A stretch of DNA of 64,000 nt from Eledone cirrhosa (GCA_964016885.1 OZ024743.1:239568001-239632000), one strand, 5' to 3'; positions 29,916-46,470 are shown, counted from the stretch's first letter. Notes: a model not told the origin generated them from the letters alone. Numbers and translations: made by a program.

Positions 29916-30884
29916 TGGATGTGGGGCATACTAAATAACTTAGTTCAATCTACCTATGAATATATGCATCATAGATATCATATGGTTATGGAGAACACGT
30001 TAACTTTAATCATTAGTAGTAGCACTATAATAATTACGAGTGATTTGTTAGCAAACAAACATCATTTTAACCACACTGAGATCAACTTCACAGAGTTCCT
30101 AACTGCATTTTTTACTGCTTAATCAGAACAGAACAGTTCCTATGGCCCATTATTTTCTGAAGGCCTCAACAATAGATGGGAGAAACGCAGGAACTTATCA
30201 CAGAAACTGGTGACATGGTCTGGTCTGGACGCTTGTCATATATTGGACTCCACCAGAGACAGCCAAGGACCGTGTAGCTGTCTTAAATCCGGCAATAGAT
30301 TACGTCTATCATGCATGAAACCCGAGGACATTGACATAGAAAAATATTGTTTTGTTTTTAAGTCTGTGTTTCATCACATTTCTATACGTTTGCCCTCGAA
30401 TCCCAAGAATCAACAGGTTTAGAAAGTTTAAATCTACCTCAAATCAAAACACCGCCAAATTTAAAAGTTGACATATCAATTAATCTAGACAAAGATTATT
30501 CAAAGTAATTTAGGTTATGGACCATAGGACTCCTTCAGGAGTTGAGGCCTCAAGGCAAAGAAAGACAAGATTTATTATGACTGAAAAAATGGGATGCTGG
30601 TATATTTCGATTATAGAGGATATTGACCTAAGCTGACCAATCGCTAAATAACAACAAAATTAGCAACAGTATTTCTGACCTTATGACAATTCTGTAGACC
30701 AATAATTAATCAGACAGAAGTAATTAAACAATCAGATATCAATTAAGCTCACACTATTATGTCTCACTATTTGTAATCAGTTATGTATGTGTGTTAGCGT
30801 AAATATATATATACATAAACAACCCCCCTCCATGTATATATATATATACTGTATATATATATATATATAATATATATATATATC

Positions 30885-31232
30885 CAGGGAGTGTATCTTG
30901 GAGTTACTGTAGGTCCACCTGGGAGAGCACTCGATGTTTAGGTTCACTTCAGTGTCGAGGTGTAGAGCTAGACAGAGTGTATTATAGTGAAATAAAATAA
31001 CAAGGATGATTGGTTACTCCTTCATTACGTTTATTCGTTGGTGACGCGCGTTTCGCCACTGATCAGCTCAAGGTTCGATTCGTATCGATCTGTAATCCGC
31101 GGTCTGACGAGCCGCGGAGTAGAGTAGAGTTAGATCGATACGGATCGAACCTTGAGCTGATCAGTGGCGAAACGCGCGTCACCAACCAATAAACGTAATG
31201 AAAGAGTAACCAATCATCCTTGTTATTTTATT

Positions 31233-31240
<8 letters not shown>
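30885..31240. mobile_element. Family F head-to-head palindrome (arms 30983-31091 / 31132-31240)
   Basis: Near-perfect IR between (TA)n tracts. Confidence 0.88.
31101..31183 (+). ncRNA. Type I hammerhead ribozyme, canonical core (family F)
   Basis: GGT-CTGACGA-GCCGC...GTGGC-GAAA-CGCGCGT-C-ACC; GUC triplet; palindromic stem III. Confidence 0.85.
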
Positions 31241-31327
<87 letters not shown>

Positions 31328-31329
31328 GT

Positions 31330-31610
31330 ATGGTTTCGTAACTCCTGATCAGGTCGTAAGGGCACTTAATGACATACGACATGTCTTGAGCGTTTTAAAC
31401 TTGAAGGAGCTCATTCCTCTACATATCTGAACACAGACGATTCCTTCCAGAGCAGTGAGAAAAAACATACAGCGGAAGAAGCGACGCCAGTACTGGACTG
31501 GTACTTCCTTTTTAAATCGACTCTGAAAGGATGAAACCCTAAAGGTGGTTTCGGTAGGAGACAACGTACTGAATATCGCTAGGATTTCTATCGACTCTGC
31601 TAATTCGCCG
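31330..31610 (-). mobile_element. Degenerate SINE with long tail (related copy at 56960-57208)
   Basis: SINE core CTGGTACTT..ATCGAC..AAAGGATGAAA plus a tail shared with 56960-57090 (GTAACTCCTGAT..TTTAAAC..TTCCAGA). Confidence 0.55.
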
Positions 31611-32296
31611 CCTATACATATAAACACACACACATACACACATACACAGACACACACACACATACACACACACACATACTCGTACACATACGCACACATA
31701 TATCTATATAGAGGGATAAATACTATTACATCCTGGTTAACTATACGGAATGACAAGTTTTATCCAGTGGTGAACCGCTAAACATAACTGAATAGATAGA
31801 TAAATATAGATAGATAGATAGATAGATAGATAAATAGATATATATATTTCTTTATTTGCCACAGGGGCGTACAAAGATAGGACATTACAAGACGTGACTT
31901 TTACATAAAAATCATATAACTTTAACAATAAACTATATATAATAAAATAACAATTGAAATCCCCAATAGGGGGGAACATTAGTGCAAGGTTATTTTACAC
32001 CCCGTGGATAGAACAACCCTCAACACCAGGAACCATGATAGATAGATAGACATATAGCTATACATACATATACACACGCACAAATACACCCCCCCACACA
32101 CACACATACCACAGTTCCTCTGCTATAGTTAGTCATTTCTCTTTCATTTGTAATCTACGTTTCTTCCTCTCAATCACTTTTTTAACATTACCCCTCTTCT
32201 ATATCTATATCTATCTCTGTCTCTTTTCCTAATTTGCTCACCTTTTGTCCCATAAACTCTTTCCCTCATCTCTCTCTCTCTCTCTCTCATCTCATC

Positions 32297-32340
<44 letters not shown>

Positions 32341-33060
32341 TCTCACAGATTGTATCCCTTCTTATTTCTACTTTTCCCTCCTTCCCTTCTCTCCCCCGAC
32401 CCAATCAATCATACATACTGTCTACCTCCTTCTCCCTCTCTATCCTTCTCCCTCTCCCTCTCACTTAGTTGCTATCACTACCTCCACTTTCTCTTTCTCT
32501 CACACAGTTTGTATCTTTTCTACACAAACTATCCCTACCTCTCTCTAACTCTTTCACCCCTACTCACACTCACACAGTTTCGATTACCTCTATCTTTCCT
32601 CTATTTAATCTATTTCTAACAAAGAAAAAAAAGGGGCAGTGTGTGTGTGTGGAAGTGAGGGAAGGGACAGATAGAACCATAGAGTGACACACCAACCCCA
32701 CCACAATCACCTCCATCACCACTTCCAACATAGGATTTATTAAGCAACACTCCTACCACTACTACCAGCGTCTCCTCCATTCTCTCCACCACCAGCGCCA
32801 CCGCCTTTACTATATAAAATACTATTTCAGTATTTCTATTCATATCGCCATACATTGTTGTTTCAATAGTGATTCTATACAGGACTTCACTCCTTCCTCC
32901 TTTCTCTTTCTATACAAACATACGGAATGGTATAACATACACACACACAATCACACTCTCGAATACACCCTCGAACACACGCACACACACACACATACAA
33001 TCACACATAGATATATGCATACATATATATATACATATAACAATAAACACACACACACAC

Positions 33061-33096
<36 letters not shown>

Positions 33097-33150
33097 TTAA
33101 TACATTAACAGAGAAAGCCTTAAGCGTTACTCTGACCAACTCTATCTCAA

Positions 33151-33309
<159 letters not shown>

Positions 33310-34143
33310 AGGAAAAGCGAAGTAGTTTCATATGTGTTCAAGTCCTTTAATAACAATGCTGTGATATATATTTCAGTGACGACACTGGCCATACTGTTCT
33401 GTGTGCGAGTGTCGTGTCATCATCAAGCAGCTTGTTACATAATAAGGTTATGTTTCCGAGGCAATCCAAATTGGATCGACATGGGAACGGATGAATTACG
33501 TGTTTTGGGGTTTTTCATCCGCTCCCTTGTGAGTACCAATTTACCCCGAATGAGCACTCGAGCTAATCGACAGTGAAACATATGTAATATGTAATTAAAT
33601 ATGTATATGATGCAACACTGATTCTTCCGCCCCTTTATGGTTAACTTTGCCTTTCATCCTTACGAGGTCGATAAAATAAAGTACCAGTAATGCACTGGGA
33701 TAATTGTTAGCCTTGTTCCAAAAGTAGAAATAACTTCACTTAATAATATTATCCTCCAATATAAAATTTTACAACCGAAGGTAAATAAAATATAAGAAAT
33801 TAACTTTCGAAGCATTATTCATGATAAACTACGCATTAAAATTCAATACAGAGATACAACACATATGAAATAAGCTATATTACTAACTAGGAAGTAACCT
33901 TCAAATGATTTGAAATGATTTCGTCAGTCATCTCAATATTTCCATGTAGTAGTGTTACAATACGCCGCAGCATGGTGCTTCCAAAAAGTGTTAATTGTAA
34001 ACCAATTTGGGAACGTTGTTGTTTCACAGGAAACAAATAATTGTTTCTACTTTAGGCACAAGGCCAGCAATTACCCAGTGCATTACTGGTATTTTATTTT
34101 ATCAACCCCGTAAGGATGAAAGGCAAAGTCAACCTCAACACAG

Positions 34144-34176
<33 letters not shown>

Positions 34177-34294
34177 ACAAAGAAAGTGTGGTAAGGAACC
34201 AGGTGGACCATAACGCACTAGAGTACTCGATACTTAGGGTAGTAGAGTGGGTAATAGGAAAAGAGTCAGGACCCCCGACGACAGAGCTCCGACC

Positions 34295-34324
<30 letters not shown>

Positions 34325-34327
<3 letters not shown>

Positions 34328-34847
34328 TTTGTTGGTTCACCACTGGATAGAACTGGTCCTTCCGTATAATCAACCTCGGGGTAATATTATGGAGAGCACT
34401 CGACGTAATGCAACTCACCCGTCTTCGTTTGTGTAGTTGGTGGTGCCGCCCTCATTTCTCTGATGTTCAGCCCCATAGATTTTGTCTATTATATTCTTTT
34501 GTTATATTTCGAATACCTGATGATGTCACCGGATCCATACTGAACCCGGTCATTGAAATGATCATAGTATAATAAACCTTTTAAGAAATTACAGCAGTCC
34601 AGCCTCCTGTTATTTTATAATAATTGTTTCTACCTTAGGCACAAGGCCAGCATTTATCCCAGTGCATTACTGGTACTTTATTTTATCGACCCCGTAAGGA
34701 TGAAAGGCAAAGAACTCGGTACTCGCACCACCAACAACACAAACGAAGACGGATGAGTTGCATTACGTTGAGTGGTCTCCAAAATATAACAACGAGGTTG
34801 ACTATACGAACTGACCAGTCCTATCCAGTGGTGAACCAACAAACCTA
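34325..34847. mobile_element. Family G head-to-head insert interrupted by a partial SINE (34620-34711)
   Basis: Arms 34325-34446 / 34725-34847; HHR in the sense arm; tail fragment also at about 31725-31785. Confidence 0.8.
34513..34570 (+). ncRNA. Type I hammerhead ribozyme (family G)
   Basis: ATAC-CTGATGA-TGTCACCGG..CCGGTCATT-GAAA-TGATCAT-A-GTAT. Confidence 0.8.
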
Positions 34848-35003
34848 AATATATATGTATATATTAGAAAGTGAGGTTTTTTTTACAAAATGAAAAATAA
34901 CCGAGGTGTCCTACACGAGTGAAAGTATAAAGAAAAAAAGATGAAATCGAAAATGCAACTGGAGTCTTATTTTTTTTTTAAATATATATATTTTATTTGG
35001 TTC

Positions 35004-35039
35004 CTTCACCGGTTTCGCAGTTCTTCTGCTTTTCAAAAG
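35004..35039 (-). ncRNA. Minimal HHR with U3-A8 core variant (family H; second copy at 58779-58814 +)
   Basis: CTT-TTGAAAA-GCAG AAGAA CTGC-GAAA-CCGGT-G-AAG; the other copy supplies GTA at the cleavage site but has a damaged GAAA. Confidence 0.6.
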
Positions 35040-35105
35040 TAGAGTTGAGATGGAGGGTCTGTGGTTTTTCTATATATACATACATACATGACCCTCCCCA
35101 AGTAT

Positions 35106-35167
<62 letters not shown>

Positions 35168-35170
35168 GCA

Positions 35171-35287
<117 letters not shown>

Positions 35288-35302
35288 GTATATATATATG
35301 TA

Positions 35303-35348
<46 letters not shown>

Positions 35349-35355
<7 letters not shown>

Positions 35356-35605
35356 ATACTTGGGGAGGGTCATATTTGTGTTGCCAGAATTAATAACAGA
35401 ATTAATAACAGTCAATGGCAATATTGAGGACCGAGTAAGCTAGATTACCGATAAAAAAGACCAGAAGCGAGAAGCGAAAACCAACAAAACGGTGAGTGTG
35501 TTCTGTTATTAATTCTGGCAATATTACACAAATATGACCCTCCCCAAGTATAACAATATTTGTTTCGACACACGATTTCATATAAAAAAACCTCGCAAAA
35601 CTAAT
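35349..35605. mobile_element. Family C tail palindrome
   Basis: TATTGTTATACTTGGGGAGGGTCATATTTGTG / CACAAATATGACCCTCCCCAAGTATAACAATA. Confidence 0.75.
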
Positions 35606-36139
35606 ATATATATATGTATATACATATATGTTTATTTCGTTAGTTATGTATGCATGTGTGTACATACATACATGTATATGTGCGTAGCTAAGTTTTAATT
35701 TATCATTGTATATATATATAAAGTATATTTGCATACATCCATAAAATGTATGTATATGAGTGTTCGCCCGTGTGTGTGTGTATGTGTGTATGCGCATATG
35801 TGTGGTGGGGGGATTTGTAGATACATATCAGGATTTAAACTGCACAATTTCGATCTTAGCCTTTTTTTATCCCTCCTATCTTTTTATTCTATTTCGCTGT
35901 CGACAGGATCGAACAAAGACGAAATTAATGTTCAGTTCACACCTCTCTACTACCGTGGCCTCTAGGCCACTCCATTTACTAAACGATGGCCACAGCATTC
36001 TTTTTCCTTGCAGTGTAAGATCAAATCTTTTACGATTATTGACATGATAACGAAATGAAGGACTTGCGATATCACACCCACCAATTCCCTAAATGATGCC
36101 GATATCAGCATAACTGAATATCAACAGACGTTCACGCAT

Positions 36140-36790
<651 letters not shown>

Positions 36791-37224
36791 TGTCAAAAGA
36801 ATCTGGGAGGGTGTGATAATGGGGCGAAGAGGGGACTGAAATACAGACCGGAGATAGATAGAGGGTGAGAGAGAAAGGGTGGAAGATAAAGAGACAAGCA
36901 GACAAACATAGTAATTTTTGCATTGGTGGACGTATGTTTAGCATTTCTTATAAATTGTGCCATTATCACAGTCTGATCTAAATGTTATACATATATTGCT
37001 CATATTCACAGGCAGGCCATTGGGGAAGAAGTACAATGTAGACACATTATTACAATAGTATATCTGTATGTGTGGGGCCGTGATATTTCAATCATTATCC
37101 TATCTACACACACACACACACGTATATATATATATATATATATATTGAGAGAGAGAGAGAGAGATAGAGAGAGAGAGAGATTGAAGAGAAAAGGAGATGG
37201 AGAGAGAATGTACACACACACATA

Positions 37225-37255
<31 letters not shown>

Positions 37256-37773
37256 GGAATGTGTACATAAAAGTTTGCCAGCTATTTTTTCTGCTACAGA
37301 CTTATATGTGAAGTATATGCGAATCTTCACTGACCCGGATGGTTGATATTATTGTTGTTGTTGTTGTTTAGCTTCTTCGTTAGCCATGTTCGTTTACGAT
37401 TGTCTTATCTCCTATTTACCATGACATTCTATAGCAATATGTACTCTTTTTCTCCTTTAACATATTATGTGATCTGTGGGATATAAGGCTGCTATTTCTA
37501 CCAGCTCATGAGAGGAAACCATTATAGTTTATTAACTATATCCCGCGTTGGTTAACTTTGCTTTTCATCCTTACGGGGTCGATAAAATAAAGGACCAGTC
37601 ACACACTGGGGTCGATTTAATCGACTTTCTCCTCCCCTAAAATTGCTGGCCTTGTGCCTATATGGGAAAGCATTATATTATTGCATGAAGTTCCAGTAAG
37701 AAGGTAACGTTATTGGAAATTTAACTGTTGTAAATCCCCTCGCCTCCACTTCTTCATATTATTATATGATATA

Positions 37774-37820
37774 CTTTCTGATGATTTCCTCCGAATGAAA
37801 CAGTTCTAGTCCTGTAGAAG
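37774..37820 (+). ncRNA. Type I HHR, intact (family D)
   Basis: CTTT-CTGATGA-TTTC CTCC GAAT-GAAA-CAG TTCTAGTC CTGT-A-GAAG. Confidence 0.75.
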
Positions 37821-38183
37821 CCATTTATATATATATATTTATATATATATATATATATATCAGGAAAAAAAGATGAGCTAATAATACAACTATATGAGTT
37901 AAAAACGTATTCAAAGCTCGAACGTGATTTTATTATTCTGAGTAAAATTGGCAAAGGACAGTTCAGAATTTAATCCAATTTGTAAATGTCTAGCCATAGT
38001 AGTTTTACAACACCACAGAGCATATATACAATGAATTTCAGAGACATGCAAGACATTTTGTATTATTTAACGATTCTGAAGAATTCAGTACAGAGGGGAA
38101 AAAATGCTACTTCCTTCTGTATTTGAACGAAACGCGTGTAAATCAATTACGTAATGTATTAAACCTTCGTTATTTATTTATTC

Positions 38184-38257
<74 letters not shown>

Positions 38258-38500
38258 TTTCTTCCCGATTCTCCTTCTCTGCCTCTCTGTGTCTCTCCCT
38301 CTCTCTCTCTCTTTATCTCTCTCTCTATATATATATATATGTATGTATCTGCTCTCTTCGAATCACTTAGCGTGTTCCACCCCCCTCACGTCAAACCAAC
38401 TTGTAGAATTTTGTAAATTCTATGTTCTTCTGAAGATTACTCACAAACATGCCACTATTTGGTCCATATAAAATCTACCAGTCTGAGAGAGAGAGAGAGA

Positions 38501-38580
<80 letters not shown>

Positions 38581-38582
38581 TT

Positions 38583-38762
<180 letters not shown>

Positions 38763-39279
38763 TATATATATATATAGAGAGAGAAGAGGAGAGAGGGGGG
38801 GGGCGGTTGACGCTGGTCTTCATAATCTATCGAGATTGAAGGTACAATATATTGCTAAGTAGGATCTGCCAATCATAAGCATAATCTTTGAGTATATGGA
38901 GTGTTACGAAAAGATTCAACGACATGTTCCTGTTTGATAATATTGTGAAGTGCTGTGCTTAGCTTGTTTCCCTTTGTTACAGGACCCTCAGCAAATGAGT
39001 TGTACTTGTAATTCAAAGGGTTAGCCTTGCCACACACTCCGTTATGTTGAATCCCCATGAGAACTGCCTACGTATCTCTGAAATGCTCAGCCACAGGTAC
39101 GTTTATTTTTCGCCAACGAGAGGAGTCCAATACATAACGAGTATTAGATACGGTTGTCAATCTCTCATGTCTTACCAGCTCTGCATGGATGTTTAAATGG
39201 AATAAATGTGACGTCTCAACTAATATATGTCTACGTGGTCATTGAATATGTTAGAAATGACAGCAAAATCGCCCGAAAC

Positions 39280-39508
39280 TATATCAGTTTGTCTGTCGTA
39301 TGTATGTATATCTGCCATTTAATGTCTAAATGTGTCTGTCTGCTGGTCAACCAAATCTTTATATCAGTCTGTTTATCTATTTGTATGTCTGTCTGTATTT
39401 ATACTTGTCCACTTGTCTCTTAGTTTGTAAGTCGGTCTGTCATTATATGTTTCTGTTGGTCAGAAAATCCATCAGTCTCAGTCTTTATCAGTCTTTCTCC
39501 AGCCCCCC

Positions 39509-39578
<70 letters not shown>

Positions 39579-40200
39579 CCCTCTCTCTCGCTCTCTCAAA
39601 TAGACACACATCAGTATTTCTGTTTTTCAGCCGTCTATCTCACACAGCATATCTTTCAGCTTATGTCTTATGTCTAACTCTCGTTGGATCTGTCAGTCTG
39701 TCAGTCAATCCGTCTCACAATCTGTCTATCCTTCAGTCAGTTAGACTGTCAGTCTGATAGTCTAACTGTCTAGCAGTCTCTCAGTCTCTCAGCATGTCTA
39801 TCTACCAGTCAATTTATAAGGCAGTCAGTATGTGTATCTGTCAGGCTGTCAGTTAGTCAGAATGTCTATCTATCAGTCTGTACATGTTTGTCTACCAGTC
39901 TATTTATAATTCAGTCGGTCTGACTACCTGTCTGGCTATCAGCCTCTACTTCTATAAGTCTGTCTACAAGTCTGTCCATGAGCTTGTCAGTCGGTTTAAC
40001 ACTCTGTCTGTCAGTCTGTCTTTTTATAAACCTGTCCATCAGCTAGTTCGTCTGTCTATCTGTCAGGCTGACAATTTAGCAGCCTCTCTGTTTATCTGTC
40101 TGTCTATTAGTCTATCAGTCTGTCACTCACTCAGTATGTCTGTCTATCACTCTTCTATCCATCAATCAGCCGGTCTGTCTATCTATCGAGCAATATACTC
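39280..40200. repeat. Degenerate (TCTG/TCAG/TCTA)n low-complexity region
   Basis: Directly visible; source of ORF 39884-40654. Confidence 0.8.
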
Positions 40201-40584
40201 TCCCTTGGGACTAGCTGTCAGATGTACAATTGGAACACACAGAAAGGTCATCAGGGAAAGGCACCCTTCATCTCGGAAATATCAAATGGTGTTGCCTTTT
40301 GGCGAGGGAGCGGGGGAAGCGATTATTGTTATTGCTTCTCTTGTAGTTGTTGTTGTTGATATTGTGGATATTGTTGTTGTTGTGGTGGTAGTAATTGATG
40401 TTATTGTTGATGTTATGGCTAATGTTGTTTCAGCCGTTGCATCAGTTGTGCAGGTTTCACTGGATTGTTTTCATGTTTTATACATCCATCAATCCACACA
40501 CAAACACATACACATCTATGTGTGTATATATATATACACACATTTGCGCATGTACGTGTATAGTCACACATACACACACACAGG

Positions 40585-40649
<65 letters not shown>

Positions 40650-40784
40650 AGTAGAGGTTATATTTAATTTGTTGGGATACAACAAGCAAAATATTTTTAT
40701 AACCGATATAAAGCACTCAACAAATTATTAGAGTAAATATACAATATGTTAACAAATGGAAACTATATTTATAAAACCATATTT

Positions 40785-40848
40785 ATTTCACTATACATAT
40801 TTCAAGGGCCACCAAGGCAGATTATGGTGCGCTTTCATCAGATAAAAT
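40785..40848 (-). ncRNA. Minimal type I HHR, intact (family A copy 40650-40895)
   Basis: ATTTTAT-CTGATGA-AAGCGCACCA..TGGTGGCCCTT-GAAA-TATGTAT-A-GTGAAAT; stem I is retained through G-U pairs. Confidence 0.78.
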
Positions 40849-40910
40849 ATAATATAGATTAGTTTTATAAATAAATATTGACATACCCTGAAAAAATGCA
40901 AACTTCACTG

Positions 40911-40974
<64 letters not shown>

Positions 40975-40976
<2 letters not shown>

Positions 40977-41188
40977 ATATAAGATTAAAAGAGGGTTAAA
41001 AGAGTTCCATGTATTTTATTATGCGCATTTCAAAAACAAATATCATCATGAGATGACATTTGCGTTTTCGTCAGATAAAATAGGGAGACGACGAAAACGC
41101 AAATGTCATCTCATGATGATATTTGTTTTTGAAATGCGTATAATAAAATACATGGAACTCTTTTAATCATCTTTTGATCTTATATTAT
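40975..41188. mobile_element. Family I head-to-head palindrome
   Basis: Arms 40975-41072 / 41090-41188. Confidence 0.88.
41013..41081 (-). ncRNA. Type I HHR, intact (family I)
   Basis: ATTTTAT-CTGACGA-AAACGCAAATGTCAT..ATGATATTTGTTTTT-GAAA-TGCGCAT-A-ATAAAAT. Confidence 0.82.
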
Positions 41189-41275
41189 TTATACTCCAGT
41201 CCCACAAACTGTAGAGTGCTACTTATCCGATATCTGCATTGCTTTATTGTACTACAATAAAACTCACCTCCTACG

Positions 41276-41311
<36 letters not shown>

Positions 41312-41375
41312 CAGATACACACACAGATATATATATGTGTGTGTGCGTGTGTATATACATATATATATATACATG

Positions 41376-41413
<38 letters not shown>

Positions 41414-41547
41414 TAATTGTCTTTATTTAAGTGTTTACTTAATTGTGGGTGCTGCGTCTGCACCATATCACTCCATATATTATGGTGTAATTATATCAAG
41501 CACTCCACATTTCACGTATATGTATAATAAAATATATATAATAATAT

Positions 41548-41721
41548 AATTGTTTATACGTTTGGCACAAGGCCAGCATTACTGGTACTTTATTTTATCG
41601 ACCCCGTAAGGATGAAAGGCAAAGTTAACCTCGACAGGATTTGAACTCAGATCGTAAAGGGACGTAACTATGCTGGAAAGCATGGCGTCCGACCTTCTAT
41701 CGATACTGCCAAATCACCGCC
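41548..41721 (-). mobile_element. SINE, main family
   Basis: Match to consensus. Confidence 0.85.
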
Positions 41722-41984
41722 ATATATATAATAATATAATATAATATATATATAATAAAATATATATAATATGTATAAAAAAATATATTTAATAAAAGTA
41801 TGTGTCCCTACATGTAATTAATACACACTGGGATACAGGTATAGTCCGACCATATGCCCTTGATTTTATATATATATATAAAAACATGAGAAGAATGAAT
41901 ACTGCGTGGTTGCACATGGGTTACATATGATAAAAATAGTCCTTCATCAGTGATTTTCCAACCTTCATTGGTATTTCATCGCTT

Positions 41985-42079
<95 letters not shown>

Positions 42080-42451
42080 ATATGTGTATATATATATATA
42101 TGTATATTTATTTATTTATTTATTTATGTATAAGTGTACAAGTATATATTGATATGTGTATATATATAAATATATATGTATGTATTATATATATGCAAGT
42201 ATGTATATATATTTTTATTTCATTTATTAACTATATATATATAATCCTTTTCTGGCCATAATTCGGCACTAATCGAACAGACATTCGATCCCTATAATTT
42301 CCGGCGTGATTATTAACTTCCATCCTACATACTTAATATACACGACTTCGACAGGATATGATTTTACTGGGATTTGGCTTCTAGTTTTAGCAAATTGTGT
42401 GAACGCATAGAGGGGACCCTCCTTGCTTTTTATAATGACACATTATTTTAT

Positions 42452-42630
42452 TGAATTGGCAGTATCGGTAGAAGGTCGGACATGCTTTCCAGCATAGTTA
42501 CGTCCCTTTACGATCTTAGTTCAAATCCCGCCGAGGTTAACTTTGCCTTTCATCCATCCAGGGGTCGATAAAATAAAGTACCAGTAATGTACTGGTGAAT
42601 TTCTGGCCTTGTGCCAAAAGTAGAAAGAAT
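42452..42630 (+). mobile_element. SINE, main family
   Basis: Match to consensus with B box GTTCAAATCC. Confidence 0.85.
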
Positions 42631-42984
42631 TAGCTCATAAGTGGTTGCGATATAAAAGTAACAGGCAACATAAACTATTATAGTTACGTATCACAGTTCC
42701 AATATTTGTATCATTTGCTAAAGTTATAATGCAGTTTTGGACACAGCATCTTATTCGTTATTGCCCATGTTCACCCAAATATCGTGGATCAGGAAACACC
42801 ACATGGTAAAGTAATATTTACCGAAACAGATCTAAGAGCCCATCCAGGGAAGAATAATTACTTCATCCAGTCAATGTTATAAAACCGATTGGAGGTTAAA
42901 CTAACTGTCAAAACGGCCGAGAGCTCAGCCGTCGGTGTCCTGACTCTTTTCCTATACATATATATACAAACCCCCCCCCCCCCC

Positions 42985-43021
<37 letters not shown>

Positions 43022-43398
43022 TCCTGCTGGGATGTTAAGAGCGTCGTAGTGACATGTTGCGATTCTTGGGAAATTTAAACCTGGCGGTTTCTGTTTTTTA
43101 GCCGTTTATCTCACACAGCATATCTTTCAGCTTACCTGTCTATCTCCCTTATGTCTAACTCTTACTGGATCTGTCAGTCTGTCAGTCAATATATGCAAGT
43201 GTTTATAGGATGAATGCGTTTATGTATGTGTGTGTGTGTGCGTGCATGTGTGTGTATGTGTCATGTTTCTTCATATTAACGTTTTCCCGTTTCGTTTGTC
43301 AATGACGTAAATTCTAAACACTCATATTCTATAAGTGTAACATAAATCGGTTAATATATGATTGCCTTCGAATATATAGCTCTATATGTGTGTGTATG

Positions 43399-43453
<55 letters not shown>

Positions 43454-43766
43454 GTTTATATATATGTTCGTAAGCAATCATATATATATATATAGATAGA
43501 TATAGATATAGATATATATAAACATACATGTATGTATATATATGTATGGGGGTCATTGACTTTTAAAAAGGCAATACGATATCTCACTGCATGTCTGAGC
43601 CACAGCAAGTATTGATATAATATCAGTATACTTTCTGAAATCCCACGGTAGTGTAAACTTAATGCCAACAGTGAAATATGTTTTTTAACAGCACTAGCTA
43701 CTCCTCACACCTCCACATGATAGCTCTAGATATTATACGATATGGCTGATTTATCTTAATAAGTAC

Positions 43767-43832
<66 letters not shown>

Positions 43833-43869
43833 AATTACCTATATGTACACACGCACACAAACACGCACA

Positions 43870-43932
<63 letters not shown>

Positions 43933-44404
43933 GTTTGTGTATTTGTGTTTGAGTGAGTGTGTGTCTGTCTGCCGCCCCCCGCCCCCTCTATCTATCTATC
44001 TACCCCCCTATCTCTCTCTCTCTCTCTCTCTCTGTGCTCATACATATCTAGATTCTAATATTTCTGGTTATATACCAGCTCATTTAGTGGGAAATTTTAA
44101 CAAATAAAACCAGCACACACTTACATTCATAAATGCATGCATACATGCATATGTACATAAATGGATGCATACATGCATATGTACATAAATGAATTCATAC
44201 ATGCGTATATACATAAATGCATACATAAATACACACATACATGCATACATGCCGGTCAAAAATGTACTCAAAATTAAGAGAAACATACATACATACATAC
44301 ATACAAACATATATACATACATACATACATACATGCGTACATACATACGTACGTGCATATATACATACATAGATACGTACATACATAAATACATACATAC
44401 ATGC

Positions 44405-44448
<44 letters not shown>

Positions 44449-44503
44449 GCGTACATACATACATACATACATACATACATACATACATACATACATACAT
44501 ACA

Positions 44504-44537
<34 letters not shown>

Positions 44538-44956
44538 CGTACGTACTTCTGTAAATAAATGTCTGAAGACGATTAGAGGAAAGACAAAGCGTACGAAGAT
44601 ATAAGAACTATAGACATATATAGCAGATTATGAACACATATGGTGATTGTATGCTGGAGCCTGAAACCTCAACTTAATTATAATGCCATGCATTGAGACT
44701 ATATTATTCTGTAATCACTCTATATATTCGCATTCCACGATACACATTCAGACATATGCCTACACCATGATACGGGAATTAACTTTTATTGTTTTACATG
44801 TCGCCACATTCTCTCATACATAGACACACACATACATACAGATACAAAATATGTCTTCCATTTTAAACATACACACCCAAACAGACACACATACAATCAC
44901 ACACACATACACTCACAAACACACAGACATAAACTCACACATAAACACACATAAAC

Positions 44957-45008
<52 letters not shown>

Positions 45009-45043
45009 ACAGCCACACAGACACACACACACACACACACACA

Positions 45044-45115
<72 letters not shown>

Positions 45116-45126
45116 TAAATGTGTCA

Positions 45127-45275
45127 ATCGGGGGTAACCATAGTAAGTAAGGTACTCAATACATAATAGTGTATATAATGTTTAATTCGAAGGAAATCAT
45201 CACCGCTCTCCTGATGATTTCCTTCAAATGAAACAGTTCTGGGCTTGTAGAAGCAATTTCTATATTAAACATTAT
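45127..45275. mobile_element. Family D head-to-head insert with HHR at 45205-45254(+)
   Basis: Antisense tail GGTAACCATAGTAAGTAAGGTACTCAATAC, then CTGATGA..GAAACAG..TTGTAGAAGC. Confidence 0.78.
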
Positions 45276-45467
45276 ATATAAATATATATATATATATATT
45301 TTAACTTTAATTATATCTCATAAAATAATACAACTGGCATTCCACAAAATACATATAGTTAGCACCCCAAACACTTAAATTGGGTTATACTAACATATAA
45401 CCTAATGTTTGTTGAGTGAGATGGTTACCAGTCGGAGTTTAGCGTTAAGCTATCTCTGTTATTGTAT

Positions 45468-45508
<41 letters not shown>

Positions 45509-45709
45509 TAATGACTCTATTTACCATAAACGTGCTTTTGCCTTTGCGTGTAATTGTTCTCACCGGTCCAGATAACGACGTATTATCTTCGCTTTTTTCC
45601 GTTTATTGCCAGGGAACGTCCACGAACCAAAGTATCGTCTTCCTGTTTTCCTTCAGTTGCAACGTTTTTCGAAATGTTTACTTCTGCGTTCACAGATAGA
45701 TTTTTCTTT

Positions 45710-45760
45710 AGTTTCTGAAGATCCCATTAAGGGTGAAAGCAGCGATTATTTGCTTAAACT
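45710..45760 (+). ncRNA. Type I HHR, intact, within PLE-type 3' end 45505-45870
   Basis: AGTTT-CTGAAGA-TCCC ATTAA GGGT-GAAA-GCAG CGATTAT TTGCT-T-AAACT. Confidence 0.78.
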
Positions 45761-45867
45761 TTAATCTGTTATTTTAATAAATATTTGCTCCAGGATTCTT
45801 ATATACTTGATGTATATTTATCCTTATCGAGCCCTGTTTGAATTTTAGTCTTCACATTTATTATTAT

Positions 45868-45928
<61 letters not shown>

Positions 45929-45945
45929 CATATATATATATATAC

Positions 45946-46203
<258 letters not shown>

Positions 46204-46217
46204 TACATATATATATA

Positions 46218-46420
<203 letters not shown>

Positions 46421-46470
46421 TTATATATATATATAGGTAAGTTATTCCGGGTTGAATCGGAGGTAACCAC

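Noticed and set aside
39616-43190. About 100-bp sequence shared by 39616-39710 and 43088-43190
   Set aside because: Real similarity, but low-complexity-associated and with no interpretable structure.
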